32,000 nucleotides of DNA from Nostoc punctiforme PCC 73102 (GCF_000020025.1 NC_010628.1:2400001-2432000), one strand, 5' to 3'. Shown: positions 9,785-19,365, counted from the first letter of the stretch. Program-made: numbers and translations. The notes: a model not told the origin generated them from the sequence alone.

Positions 9785-10223
9785 TGTTTATCTCCAAGAA
9801 TAATTTCTATCTGACTTGAACAGAACTGATAATAACAGATAGGCAACTCCCTAAGAGTTGCTTGTCGAAAATTTCGTAGATCCACATTTCTTCATGGTCT
9901 TTAGGCTACAGTACTTTTATTTCTGCGAAGAAAATTCTCTCCGAAAGCGGGTTATTCATTTTCAAGCATGACTTGTCGATACAGGATAGCCGAGAAACCG
10001 TTACCTGGATGGTGAAGAATTTGCATGGTAGCCGGATAAAGGAATTTTGGAGAAAAACAATTCTGAAAATCAGCAACCAGATGCTAAAAAACAAGAACCA
10101 AATGCTGAGATTTCAGAGAAAGATGCTGGCTGTGAAAAAATGCGTGCTTTGTTACGAAGCATCTATTTCAGGTCAAAGTCAGTCAGAGCGACGGTTCTGT
10201 GAAATCTCAGGAACTACTCAGGA

Positions 10224-10260
10224 ACAGCTAACGAACTCTTTTGAAGAGTTCGTTAGCTGT
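10224..10260. repeat. Perfect 17-bp palindrome ACAGCTAACGAACTCTT-ttg-AAGAGTTCGTTAGCTGT
   Basis: Read directly. No U-run follows on either strand, so it is not a canonical terminator. Confidence 0.9.
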
Positions 10261-10379
10261 GTCTCTGACACGCTTACACGGATTTCGCATGAGGAGGAGA
10301 CGGCTCACGCGCCTTGGGGGGCGCGTCGCCTCAGACTGTTGAAAGCTTGTCAGAGAAAGAGAAAGACTTGCCTGTGGCA

Positions 10380-11027
10380 ATGGACTGCACGGCGCTAGCG
10401 CTTGTAGATGCTGTACAAAGTAATCCCGCTTCGTTGTTGGCTGAAAATCAGGATTGTGGTGTTGAAGTGGCATTTCCTCATGAAGGTACTTGTTCCGCCG
10501 CGCCCGTTGCTCAAAATGAATTTTCTTCAAGTTCAGCGATCGCCGAACAAACGCAAGAGCAAGTAGAACAAGGTTATTCTGCTACGTTGTTGGTTGAAAA
10601 TTCAGTTTCGGGTGTAGAAATCAAACCAGTTCATGAAGGCACTTGTTCCGCCGCGCCCGTCGCCCAAAATGAATTTTCTTCAAGTCAAGTGGAGGAGCAA
10701 GTAGAATTGAATCAACCCGCTTCGTTGTCAAGAGAAAATCAAGCCACTGGTGAACAAGTGAAAGACTTTCATGAGGGTGAAAGTTCCGATGCGCCCTTGC
10801 CAAATCCTGAAAAGTGGTCACATGAGGCGATTGTAGCGAGGTCTAATCTGCGACCAGAACGTATGGAGAAACTCAAACTTGCGGCGAATTCGGGGCAGAA
10901 TCCGGGTTTTGACTTTTTGCAAGAGTGTTGGGAGGATGACCCTGCCTTGCAGATTGTCATTAAGAAACTATTGGCAAAGTTTCCCCAGTGGGGGGTTGCG
11001 ATTGTGGATGGGGCGTTGGTGGGATAA
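10380..11027 (+). CDS. Hypothetical protein with three tandem ~50-aa repeats (core HEGTCSAAPVAQNEFSSS) and a conserved-looking C-terminal domain; start uncertain
   Basis: The frame is open from ~10293 and the first ATG is at 10380 (MDCTALALVD...). The repeat cores are conserved with synonymous-only changes. The C-terminus reads ...QNPGFDFLQECWEDDPALQIVIKKLLAKFPQWGV. Confidence 0.5.
   Translation: MDCTALALVDAVQSNPASLLAENQDCGVEVAFPHEGTCSAAPVAQNEFSSSSAIAEQTQEQVEQGYSATLLVENSVSGVEIKPVHEGTCSAAPVAQNEFSSSQVEEQVELNQPASLSRENQATGEQVKDFHEGESSDAPLPNPEKWSHEAIVARSNLRPERMEKLKLAANSGQNPGFDFLQECWEDDPALQIVIKKLLAKFPQWGVAIVDGALVG
10479..10532 (+). repeat. 54-nt repeat, copy 1 (encodes HEGTCSAAPVAQNEFSSS)
   Basis: Identical to 10632-10685 at 51 of 54 positions. 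Confidence 0.9.
10632..10685 (+). repeat. 54-nt repeat, copy 2
   Basis: The three differences from copy 1 are all T/C at third codon positions (ggt/ggc, gtt/gtc, gct/gcc). Confidence 0.9.
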
Positions 11028-11234
11028 ACGGGAGTTATTACGGCTGTGGTGAATTTCTACTGGGGTGATCCTACCCTCGAAATCGGAGTCTGCAAACTCA
11101 ACGATCTGCTTGAGTCGGCTTTTACTGTTCTTGTGCGATCGCCGCGGGCCCTCGCGCCATCGCAGTTTTGGCTAAATGCAGAGATTGGGCGTACAGTCAG
11201 ACGATTCCGGGACAAAGTTGGCAAAAACAATGAG

Positions 11235-11475
11235 TCTAGAACTTACATATTGACAAGCAAGACAAAAAGTGCATAAGGAGAATGCATAAAAAAAACAGCG
11301 ATCACTAGTTACCAGAGGCGTTAAAAACAGATAATTTACTTGGCTGTGTTTAGGGTTCGGACAATCAGAGCAATTACTAACTTCAGGTCGCTCGTGACTT
11401 CATCCTAGAACACCTTAAACAAAAGGTGGGCTTGAATGCACATAGCCGGTTTTCTGTCAATGCGTAAGTTCTAGA
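11235..11475. mobile_element. 241-bp MITE-like element with 21-nt imperfect terminal inverted repeats TCTAGAACTTAC(at/gc)ATTGACA
   Basis: Left arm is 11235-11255 and the reverse complement of 11455-11475 matches it at 19 of 21 positions. There is no ORF of its own. Confidence 0.5.
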
Positions 11476-11621
11476 ATAGTCCACCTTCTAGACGCAAAAA
11501 AGCCATTCATCCCGTATCTACCGATTCAACTTCAGCAGCCAACTCTGTAAACGAGGATATTTTCCAGCAAGTAGATCCAGGTTCAGCAACAATTACGGTT
11601 ACTGCTGTCGAAATTCCAGAA

Positions 11622-12135
11622 TTGACAAAGGAAGAAGAGCGCGATCGCCTGCATCTAGAACGGAAGGTGGAACGGGCGTTTTTTGAGGCTGGGAAAGCGT
11701 TGGCAGAATTACGCGATCGCCGACTTTACCGTTCAAGTCACCGCACGTTTAAAGATTATTGCCGCGATCGCTTTGGTCATAGTCGCCAGAAGTCAAATTA
11801 TCTGATTGCAGCAGCTGATGTCTACGAGAATTTGACAACAATTTGTTGTCAAAATTTGTTGTTGTCAAAATTTGCCGCCTGAAGATTTAACAACAAATGG
11901 ATCACAAATTTTACCCACTAGTGAAGGGCAAGTCCGACCCATTACAAAGCTAGAACCTCAAGAACAGTGGGAGGTATGGCAACAGGCAGTAGAACTTGCT
12001 GGCGGGAAAGTGCCAACTGGTAGAATCGTCAAAGATGTGGTGCAGCGCATCATGGAAAGGACGAAAGTCCCAAACACCTACCAAATCGGCGAAGTCTGCC
12101 AAAAATTATTTTCGATGCGAGCAAATAGCAAGTAA
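11622..12135 (+). pseudogene. Conserved-looking hypothetical protein (helical, possibly DNA-binding), split by a 55-bp insertion and probably truncated at both ends
   Basis: ORFs 11622..11882 and 11872..12135 join perfectly (..YENLTT|NGSQILPTSEGQVRP..) when 11841-11895 is removed. The upstream frame is open back to 11475, the edge of the MITE-like element. Confidence 0.6.
11841..11895 (+). repeat. 55-bp insertion made largely of inverted and direct copies of its own target sequence
   Basis: The target is AATTTGACAACAAATGG. The insert ATTTGTTGTCAAA ATTTGTTGTTGTCAAA ATTTGCCGCCTGAAGATTTAACAACA contains reverse-complement copies of the target. 55 nt produces the observed +1 frame change. Confidence 0.75.
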
Positions 12136-12172
12136 TTATTTTCAGAATGAGAATTACTGTATAGTTTGAGGT

Positions 12173-15076
12173 ATGCCAGATTATCCTCTCAAGAGTTGCT
12201 CTATGATTGCTCTACCTGGTATTGCCATCCAAGACAAGATATATGAAAGTTCTAATTCTCTAGTTTATCGGGGCATCAAAGACGATGGAGTAGGCATCAT
12301 CGTAAAAATACTCAAGCAAGATTATCCCTCACCTCAAGAACTGACCCGCTACAGACAGGAATATAAAATTACCTGTTCCCTTAACTTGGAAGGGGTTGTC
12401 AAGGCATACAGCCAGCAGGACTATCAACGCACTCTGGCGATTATCTTAGAAGATTTTGGGGGAGAGTCCTTAGAGCAATGGATGCACAAGCGCCCAGATA
12501 TCTTCTGCCCCATGCCTTTATTCACTTTTCTAGGTCTTGCGATCGCTATTTGCGACATTTTAGGCAGAATCCATGCAGCCAATGTCATTCATAATGATAT
12601 CAACCCTGGAAACATAGTTCTCAATCTAGATACTGGCGTTATCAAAATTATTGACTTTGGAATTGCCACCCAATTTAATCGCACAAATCCAACCTTCAAA
12701 AGTCCTCATGTTTTAGAAGGGACACTCGCATACCTATCTCCAGAGCAAACAGGGCGGATGAACCGTTTGCTCGATTACCGGACTGATTTCTACTCGCTGG
12801 GCGTGACATTTTACGAACTGCTCACCGGACAACTACCATTTCCCACAACGGATATGTTGGAACTAGTCCATTGTCATATTGCCAAACAGACTGTTCCGCC
12901 TCATGAAATAAATACAACGATTCCCAAGCCAGTTTCAGATATCATTCTCAAACTGATGGCGAAAAATGCTGAAAATCGCTATCAAAGTGCCTGGGGCATC
13001 AAAGCGGATTTAGAAATCTGTGCTGAACAATTAGAAGAAATCGGTCAAATCTCTAGCATTCAACTGGCGCTTCAAGACGTTTGCGATCGCTTTCAAATTC
13101 CCCAAAAACTGTATGGACGGGATAAGGAAGTTGCAATGTTACTGGCGGCGTTTGTTCGCGTAGCATGTCCAGAGTCAAATCCTGTTGCTGCGTTACCAAA
13201 CAATTCAGAAACAACTTCACAAAGGGAACAAACGGGCAACTCAAAATTCCAAGTTGAAATGATGTTGGTATCTGGCTATGCTGGCATTGGTAAATCTGCG
13301 TTAGTGCAGGAAATCCATAAACCAATTACCCAAAAGCGTGGCTATTTTATCTCTGGTAAATTCGATCAATTTCAGCGCAATATTCCCTACAGTGCGATCG
13401 CGGTTGTCCTGCAAAAATTGATACAGCAATTACTTAGTGAGCCAGACGAGTATGTGCAACAGTGGCAAGCGCGCCTGCTAACGGCTCTGGGAAGCAACGG
13501 ACAAATCATCATTGATGTGATCCCGGAAGTTGAATTGATTATTGGCAAGCAGCCGCCTGTACCGTCCGTTGGAGCAACTGAAGCTCAAAATCGCTTTCAC
13601 CGGATTTTTGGGCAATTTGTGCGGGTGTTTTGTTCAAAAAAACATCCCCTGGTGATATTCTTAGATGATTTGCAATGGATAGACTCAGCAACGCTGAATT
13701 TAATTGAGTTGATGCTGCTGGATGAGCAAGCCCAATCACTATTTTTGATTGGAGCTTATCGAGATAATGAAGTGAAGCCAACGCATCCATTAGCATTAAT
13801 GCTAGAGAGACTGCGAAAACAAGGGGCAGTACTTCAGGAAATTACCCTAACACCCTTAACGCTTGAGCCGTTGAATAAGTTGATTGCCGAGACGCTGCAT
13901 CGGAATGCAGACATCGTTCGTCCCTTAGCTGAGTTAGTTTTGCGTAAAACTGAGGGCAATCCGTTCTTTGTCAATGAATTTTTGAGAATGCTGTATAGCG
14001 AAAATCTGCTGACATTTGATGCTGAACACTTATGCTGGCAATGGAACATAGCTGATATTCAAGCCCAGGATATTACCGATAATGTGGTGGAGTTGCTACT
14101 GATCCAGTTAAATAAATTACCAGAAAACACACAGCAAATTCTCCGATTAGCTGCTTGCGTCGGTGCTGAATTTAATTTAAATACGTTAGCGATTGTTTGT
14201 GATAAACCACCTGAAACAGTTTTTCAAGATTTACTAGCAGCCATACAAGTTGGATTAATTCAAGCACTATCTGAATTAGATGAAAACTTGTTAATTCAAG
14301 AGTATAAGTTCTTACACGATCGCGTCCAGCAAGCTGCTTATGCCCTAATCGATGAGTCGCACAAACAGGTGGTTCATCTTCAAATCGGTCGCAATTTACT
14401 CGAAAAAACGTTGCCATAGGAGTTATCAGAGCGGCTGTTTGCAATTGTCGATCATCTCAATTTAGGGGTCGATCTCGTCGTCTTTGGGCAGGAACGAAAC
14501 AGCATCGCCAGGCTCAACTTAATGGCAGCCCAAAAAGCCAAAGCGGCAACTGCCTATAGTGCAGCTTTGAAGTATGCGATCGCAGGCATCGAGTTACTCG
14601 CAACCGATAGTTGGCAACATCAGTATGACCTCAGTTTGGTTCTCCATGAAGAAGCCGCAGAAACTGCTTATCTATCTGGTGATTTTCTAGCGATGGAGCA
14701 ATGGGTTGCTATTGTTTTGCAAGCAGCCATAACCATTTTAGATGAAGTGAAAGTTCATGAGGTCACAATCAAAACCTATGTGGCACAAACTCGTAAGTTA
14801 GACGCGATTAAAGTTGGGTTGCAAGTGTTGGCAAAACTAGGGCTGAACCTACCAGAATCACCTACAGAATTCCAGATTCAACAAGCACTTTCAGAAACAA
14901 CAGAAGTTCTGCAAGGAAGGAATATTCAAGATTTGGTGCATTTACCTTTAATGACAGATGCCAGTAGATTGGCAGCCATGCGGATTATTTCAAATATCGC
15001 TTCTCCTGCCTTTCAGGCTGCACCTGCACTGTTTTGGCTGATGGCGTGTGAGCAAGTCAAGTTATCGATTCAATAT
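12173..15076 (+). pseudogene. Multidomain Ser/Thr protein kinase - AAA/STAND ATPase - helical repeat protein; in-frame TAG at 14417-14419 and 3' part removed by IS insertion at 15077
   Basis: Kinase motifs are [26 protein letters not shown] and YLSPEQ. The P-loop is [12 protein letters not shown] and Walker B is [15 protein letters not shown] 14522..15118 is in the same frame as 12173..14419, with no other stop between them. The ORF leaves kinase-like sequence at ...KLSIQY, where the IS inverted repeat begins. Confidence 0.85.
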
Positions 15077-16079
15077 GAGACTTGTCGGGAAATAAGAGAG
15101 AATAGACAGCAGTGGTAGGGAAGAATGATGCTGAATATTGAAGGTGCGCTGAAGCAAGACCGACTGTTGAGGGCATTAACTGGGTTGAACCGGAAAGCAT
15201 TTGATGCCCTTTTGCCCACGTTTACCACGATGTACCTAGATACTCAACAGGCCAAGCCTCGTCAACGTGGCCTGGGTGGAGGACGCAAAGCCCGCTTACT
15301 TACAGCCCAAGACAAATTGTTTTTCATCCTTTTCTATTTCAAATGTTATCCGACCTTCGATGTGGCGGGACTGCTCTTTGATATGCATCGCTCCCAGGCA
15401 CATGAGTGGATGCATCGATTGCAGCCAATATTAGAAGCGGCTTTGGGACAGAAGATGGCGCTGCCGGAACGCCATCTCGAAAGCATTGAAGCATTTTTGT
15501 CACGCTTTCCAGGAGTGCAACGAGTGATGATTGATGGGACAGAACGCCCAATTGCGCGACCTCAAGAAAGAGACAACAACAACAGAATTACTCCGGTAAA
15601 AAGAAACGTCATACGCGTAAACACTTGGCGGCAGTTGATGAAACCAAACGGGTCTTGATCTTAAGCAAAGCACGAGAAGGCAAACTGCATGACAAACGTT
15701 TTCATGACGAAGATGACATTGCAGGTAGTGTGCCTGATGAAATTCCGATTGAAGTAGACTCGGGCTTTCAGGGATTACAGAAGCAGTATGACAATCTCCA
15801 TCTTCCTCACAAAAAGCCCAAAGGGGGCAAGTTAAGTGACCTTCAAAAAACGGAGAATCGTCAATTGAGTCAATCCCGTGTAGTTTGCGAAAATGCCTTT
15901 GCTGGTGTGAAGCGCTACAACGCCGCCAGTGTCATTTATCGTAATCGGATTGAAAACTTTGATGACCATTTGATGCTGACCGCAGCAGGATTATGGAACT
16001 TCTACTTGATGGCTGCTTAAGAGAATCCCAATTACAAGACCAGCATTGCCTCACTTATCTTTTATTTCCCGACAACTCT
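15077..16079 (+). mobile_element. IS5-family (DDE_Tnp_4 / Harbinger-like) insertion sequence, copy A; IRs (G)AGACTTGTCGGGAAATAAGAG / CTTTTATTTCCCGACAACTCT
   Basis: About 20-nt terminal inverted repeats read directly. The right end is defined by the point where copies A and B diverge (16079 / 31287). Confidence 0.9.
15125..16020 (+). pseudogene. IS5-family transposase of copy A, frameshifted by a 1-nt deletion in a (CAA)n run near 15574
   Basis: A reads CAAGAAAGAGACAACAACAACAG and B reads CAAGAAAGAGAACAACAACAACAG. This splits the ORF into 15125..15658 and 15625..16020, whereas copy B reads through (PQEREQQQQNYSGKKKRHTRKH). Confidence 0.9.
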
Positions 16080-16379
16080 TATGTATTGCCTCAATTGGGC
16101 AGCAGCTTCATCCAACTTCTTAAATACCTTGATACCCCGCAAACCAACTTCGGAATTAGTAACTTTAACGAGGTCAAACTCTTTGGAGTCCCAAACTTCA
16201 TCAATACTTGTAGACTCATCAACAATATTTGCAATCAAGCTCGATTCATCGTCGTAGTTCCAGGCATTTGCTAAGAGCCACGGTAGAACCCAGTCAGATT
16301 GCAAAAGTTTTTCAATGTCGAACGAGTCAGAAAACTGCTGTAAGTTTTCGATACCAGGATGAACGATTGCTGTAGTCAT
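16062..16379 (-). CDS. Hypothetical small acidic protein (~105 aa from MTTAIVHPG); last 6 codons lie inside the IS end, so the C-terminus may be altered
   Basis: ORF 16062..16427. The internal ATG at 16379 gives MTTAIVHPGIENLQQF.... The protein is rich in D/E. I recognise no family. Confidence 0.45.
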   Translation of the reverse strand: MTTAIVHPGIENLQQFSDSFDIEKLLQSDWVLPWLLANAWNYDDESSLIANIVDESTSIDEVWDSKEFDLVKVTNSEVGLRGIKVFKKLDEAAAQLRQYIRVVGK

Positions 16380-16476
16380 TTTTGTGATTGGTAGTAATGA
16401 GTACACAGCACAGCAAGCTGTAGACAAGGCTTAAGCAACTTCTAATTACAGTTGTCCAAACTCTGTTTACAACGAG

Positions 16477-16959
16477 TTAAAAATCCATCTCATTCGCAGC
16501 TTTTGTTACAGCTAAAGCCTGTTTACTGACCTCTCGCCACTCTGTTTGATCGTTGTAGGATGCCATTACTAATTCCGACCCAACCCACACCCGACAGAAC
16601 AACACGCTTTCATCGGTTGTCCCTGGAGTAGGCTGTAATGTAATCGGAGAATATAGTTGTTCTGGAGTAAGAGTTGCGATCGCGGTTAACAAGCTTTTAG
16701 AAAAGCGAGTATCATAACCGGATTCTAAGATATACGTCCGGTCTGCTTGAATAGTTATCAGCAACTTGCAGGTTTCTTTTTTGCGGCGTTCTATATTCTC
16801 AAACCGTAGTTCTTTAAGATATCCAGTTAAGGCAGTTTGAGGGACATCACTTGTTTCACCATTTAGTGTGTACCACAGTCCTCCGTGCTGACGGTAGATT
16901 TTGCAACTGCCAGCTTCATTGTGTAGCCCCAACTTCGGTTTATTGATTGAAGCAACCAA
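16477..16959 (-). CDS. Hypothetical protein (160 aa, TTG start or 5'-truncated)
   Basis: The ORF has protein-like composition (..LKELRFENIERRKKETCKLLITIQADRTYILESGYDTRFSKSLL..). There is no in-frame ATG near the 5' end, and a stop lies 4 codons upstream. Confidence 0.5.
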   Translation of the reverse strand: MVASINKPKLGLHNEAGSCKIYRQHGGLWYTLNGETSDVPQTALTGYLKELRFENIERRKKETCKLLITIQADRTYILESGYDTRFSKSLLTAIATLTPEQLYSPITLQPTPGTTDESVLFCRVWVGSELVMASYNDQTEWREVSKQALAVTKAANEMDF

Positions 16960-17143
16960 CTGTTTGAGTAGTTATTCTTGACGCATCAAACAGGCAAGTA
17001 AATCCGATGTTTATTGAGACATGATAAAGATTGTAGATAGCACTTCACAGTGCCTTGGCGCAGCCTTTAGTTCTAATAATGAAGTGTGAAATTGGCAATA
17101 AAATAGCGCTCTTGCTATTACAAAAGCGCTTAATACTTGGTGA

Positions 17144-17902
17144 TTTGTATCAAGTATAACTATTCTTCTGGGCTATTTCTCTGATAGTTCCATCCTAGAG
17201 TTCCGTCTTCTGTTGCCATTACTTGCTACTCAAAATGAAACATGGGCAGTAGATTTGTTAGGTTTTGGCTTTACACAAAGGCAAAAAGAAATAAATTACA
17301 GTCCAACTACAATCAAAATTCACCTTTACGATTTTTGGAAAACTTTAATCAACAGACTGATAACACTAGTAGGTGCATCAATGGGAGCTGCAACTGCAAT
17401 TGATTTTACTCTTACTTACCCTCAAGTTGTAAAATCACTAATATTGATTAATAGTTTAGGTTACACTAATTCTCCCCCCTTTAGCAAATACTTGTTTCCT
17501 CCTTTTGACTTCTTGGCTGTGGAATATCTACGTCAACGCCACATCTTGGCATTAAATTTATGTAGTATCTTACCTAATCTAGATGCCAAAATACTTTTGG
17601 CTATTCAATGCGCCATGTTACACCAAGAAATGCCTAGTTGGAATGATGCCATGATTTCTTATGTAAAATCTGGTGGTTATAGTGAATTAGCAAATAGAAT
17701 TGCCCAAGTTGACAAACCAACACTCATTTTATGGGGAGAAACTGATGATCTGCCGCCATCTGAAGATGCAGAAAAATTTCAGCAATCTATTGTCAACCCT
17801 CAACTAATATTGCTGAGGAATTTTGGTCATACCCCTCAAACTGAACAGCCAAAAATCACATCTCAACATATTTTACACTTTCTGAATAATGGGAAATTTT
17901 AA
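17144..17902 (+). pseudogene. Alpha/beta-fold hydrolase (Ser nucleophile GASMGA), 5'-truncated
   Basis: The frame opens right after a TGA at 17141 with ..ILLLGYFSDSSILEFRLLLPLLA, the region that normally follows ~40-60 N-terminal residues (cf. LLLHGFDSS..EFR). There is no start codon. Confidence 0.7.
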
Positions 17903-18060
17903 TTTAGTTTAAGAGGATATTTTAAAAGTTCCGCTAGGTATAATTTAGCTGTTCTGCACTTAAGCTAGTATAGAACAGATAAATTGATGCAAAAATCAAA
18001 TCTTTCTTTAGCTATAAAAAGTTATATGAAATGGTATTTATATTCTAAAAAGGAAAACAG

Positions 18061-18864
18061 ATGACTGATAAAAAGGTCGTGCTAGTTACAGGAGCATCAT
18101 CTGGATTTGGGCAGTTAACTGCTAAAAAGCTTGCTGCTGTAGGTTATTGGGTCTTCGGTACCAGTCGCAAGTCATATCCAGCATCAGGTGATGTAGAAAT
18201 GTTGAAGCTCGATGTTACCTCTGATTCCTCAGTTCAATTATGTATTAAACAGTTGCTCACACGGACTAATCGCATTGATTTACTGATTAATAATGCTGGA
18301 CAAATTCATGCCAGTATGTTGGAAGAAACTTCTTTACAACAAGCCAAGGAAATCTTTGAAACAAACTTTTGGGGGGTTGTCCGCCTCACTAACGCCGTTT
18401 TACCAGTTATGAGACAGCAGCGTAGTGGACATATTATCAATATCAGTTCAGTCGCGGGATTGATTGGCGCACCAGGTCAAGGTTTTTACAGTGCAAGTAA
18501 ATTCGCCCTCGAAGGTTATAGTGAAGCACTGAGCGTGGAACTAGACCCATTCAATATCAAAGTGTCTTTAATTGAGCCTGGTTACTTTAAAACTAACTTC
18601 AACCATGCCATGTTACCACCTACCTTCAATTATGCTGATTACGACAATGTACGTGATGTGATTCGCTCAACTGTCACTCAAGCAATTGCACAGGGCGATG
18701 ATCCAACAAAAGTTGCACAGACAATTGTCTTTGCTGCTTGTAGCCGTTCCCCACGATTACGGTATCGTGTTGGTAATGAGGCACAATGGTTGCCTCGCTT
18801 GAAAGCAATATTGCCTGATAACTTGTTTCGATTTGGTGCCCGCAAGCGGTTGAACCTGCCATAA
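18061..18864 (+). CDS. SDR-family oxidoreductase (classical short-chain dehydrogenase)
   Basis: VLVTGASSGFGQ (TGxxxGxG), NNAG, YSASKFALEG (YxxxK). AGGAAAACAG lies upstream of the ATG. Confidence 0.9.
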   Translation: MTDKKVVLVTGASSGFGQLTAKKLAAVGYWVFGTSRKSYPASGDVEMLKLDVTSDSSVQLCIKQLLTRTNRIDLLINNAGQIHASMLEETSLQQAKEIFETNFWGVVRLTNAVLPVMRQQRSGHIINISSVAGLIGAPGQGFYSASKFALEGYSEALSVELDPFNIKVSLIEPGYFKTNFNHAMLPPTFNYADYDNVRDVIRSTVTQAIAQGDDPTKVAQTIVFAACSRSPRLRYRVGNEAQWLPRLKAILPDNLFRFGARKRLNLP

Positions 18865-18998
18865 ATCACAGCTTCTATTTAATACAGCGATGGCTGCGCT
18901 AACGTCTGCCGCAGGATACCCGAATGCGAACAGCGCCTCTTGTCTTGAGAAGGGCTGTAAGGCAACGCTACAGCTTTGCAATACAACCAAAATTTTAA

Positions 18999-19190
18999 TT
19001 AAATATCAATATTTATCTGTTCTATCTGTCTAGCAGCTTTATCCCAAAGCTTTGCAGAAGTCTCATCTTTCCAATGATTTCTGAGATTTTCTGCTTTTTT
19101 ATGACTGATTCGTTCTAACATTTCTAGAACTGCGGCTAATGTTAATTGATCAACAATTGCCTCTAAAGACTCCATATATTCTTTTGTCAT
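18999..19190 (-). CDS. Hypothetical small helical protein (63 aa)
   Basis: ORF with GAGGTTAG about 6 nt upstream of the ATG. I recognise no family. Confidence 0.4.
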   Translation of the reverse strand: MTKEYMESLEAIVDQLTLAAVLEMLERISHKKAENLRNHWKDETSAKLWDKAARQIEQINIDI

Positions 19191-19365
19191 AACTAACCTC
19201 TTGAAGAAGTTTTAACATTATTTCCTAATTTTACATATTCACATAGGTAATCTACATTACATTTAACAATTATATTAGATGAAAAATGCCAACAAAATTT
19301 ACAGTCAAAGTTTTGCTGAGGGCTTACGTTTGTCTATTATTACTACTAGTAAAGTTACAAGCGAT

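Noticed and set aside
10440-10820. The repeats could be a CRISPR array, plasmid iterons, or a DGR template/variable repeat pair.
   Set aside because: There are only two good copies plus one degenerate copy. They lie in one open reading frame, and their differences are synonymous T/C changes, not adenine-specific. No cas, rep or reverse-transcriptase gene is nearby. A coding tandem repeat is the simpler reading.
11046-11276. 76-aa GTG-start ORF.
   Set aside because: It has no recognisable family and runs into the left TIR of the 241-bp element. It may be the detached 5' part of a longer gene, but I cannot restore a single frame by excising the element.
11270-11300. Hairpin TGCATaaggagaATGCA followed by an A-run, considered as a terminator.
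   Set aside because: The U-run would precede the hairpin on the minus strand, and an A-run follows it on the plus strand. Neither orientation fits an intrinsic terminator.
15993-16274. The + strand ORF (93 aa) that would continue the kinase across the IS if the TAT at 15074-15076 and 16080-16082 were a target duplication.
   Set aside because: Its translation (VLPQLGSSFIQLLKYLDTPQ...) bears no resemblance to the region that follows LS(I/V)xYG in this kinase family. The opposite-strand ORF looks more protein-like. A 3-nt match has roughly a 1 in 64 chance. The possibility is kept open as a refutation test for the composite-transposon idea.
18885-18935. The GC-rich stretch GCGATGGCTGCGCTAACGTCTGCCGCAGG... 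as a third HIP1-splitting insertion.
   Set aside because: It starts with GCGAT, but no CGC half-site lies at a 21-nt distance, and similarity to the two 21-mers is weak. It may be a different small repeat.
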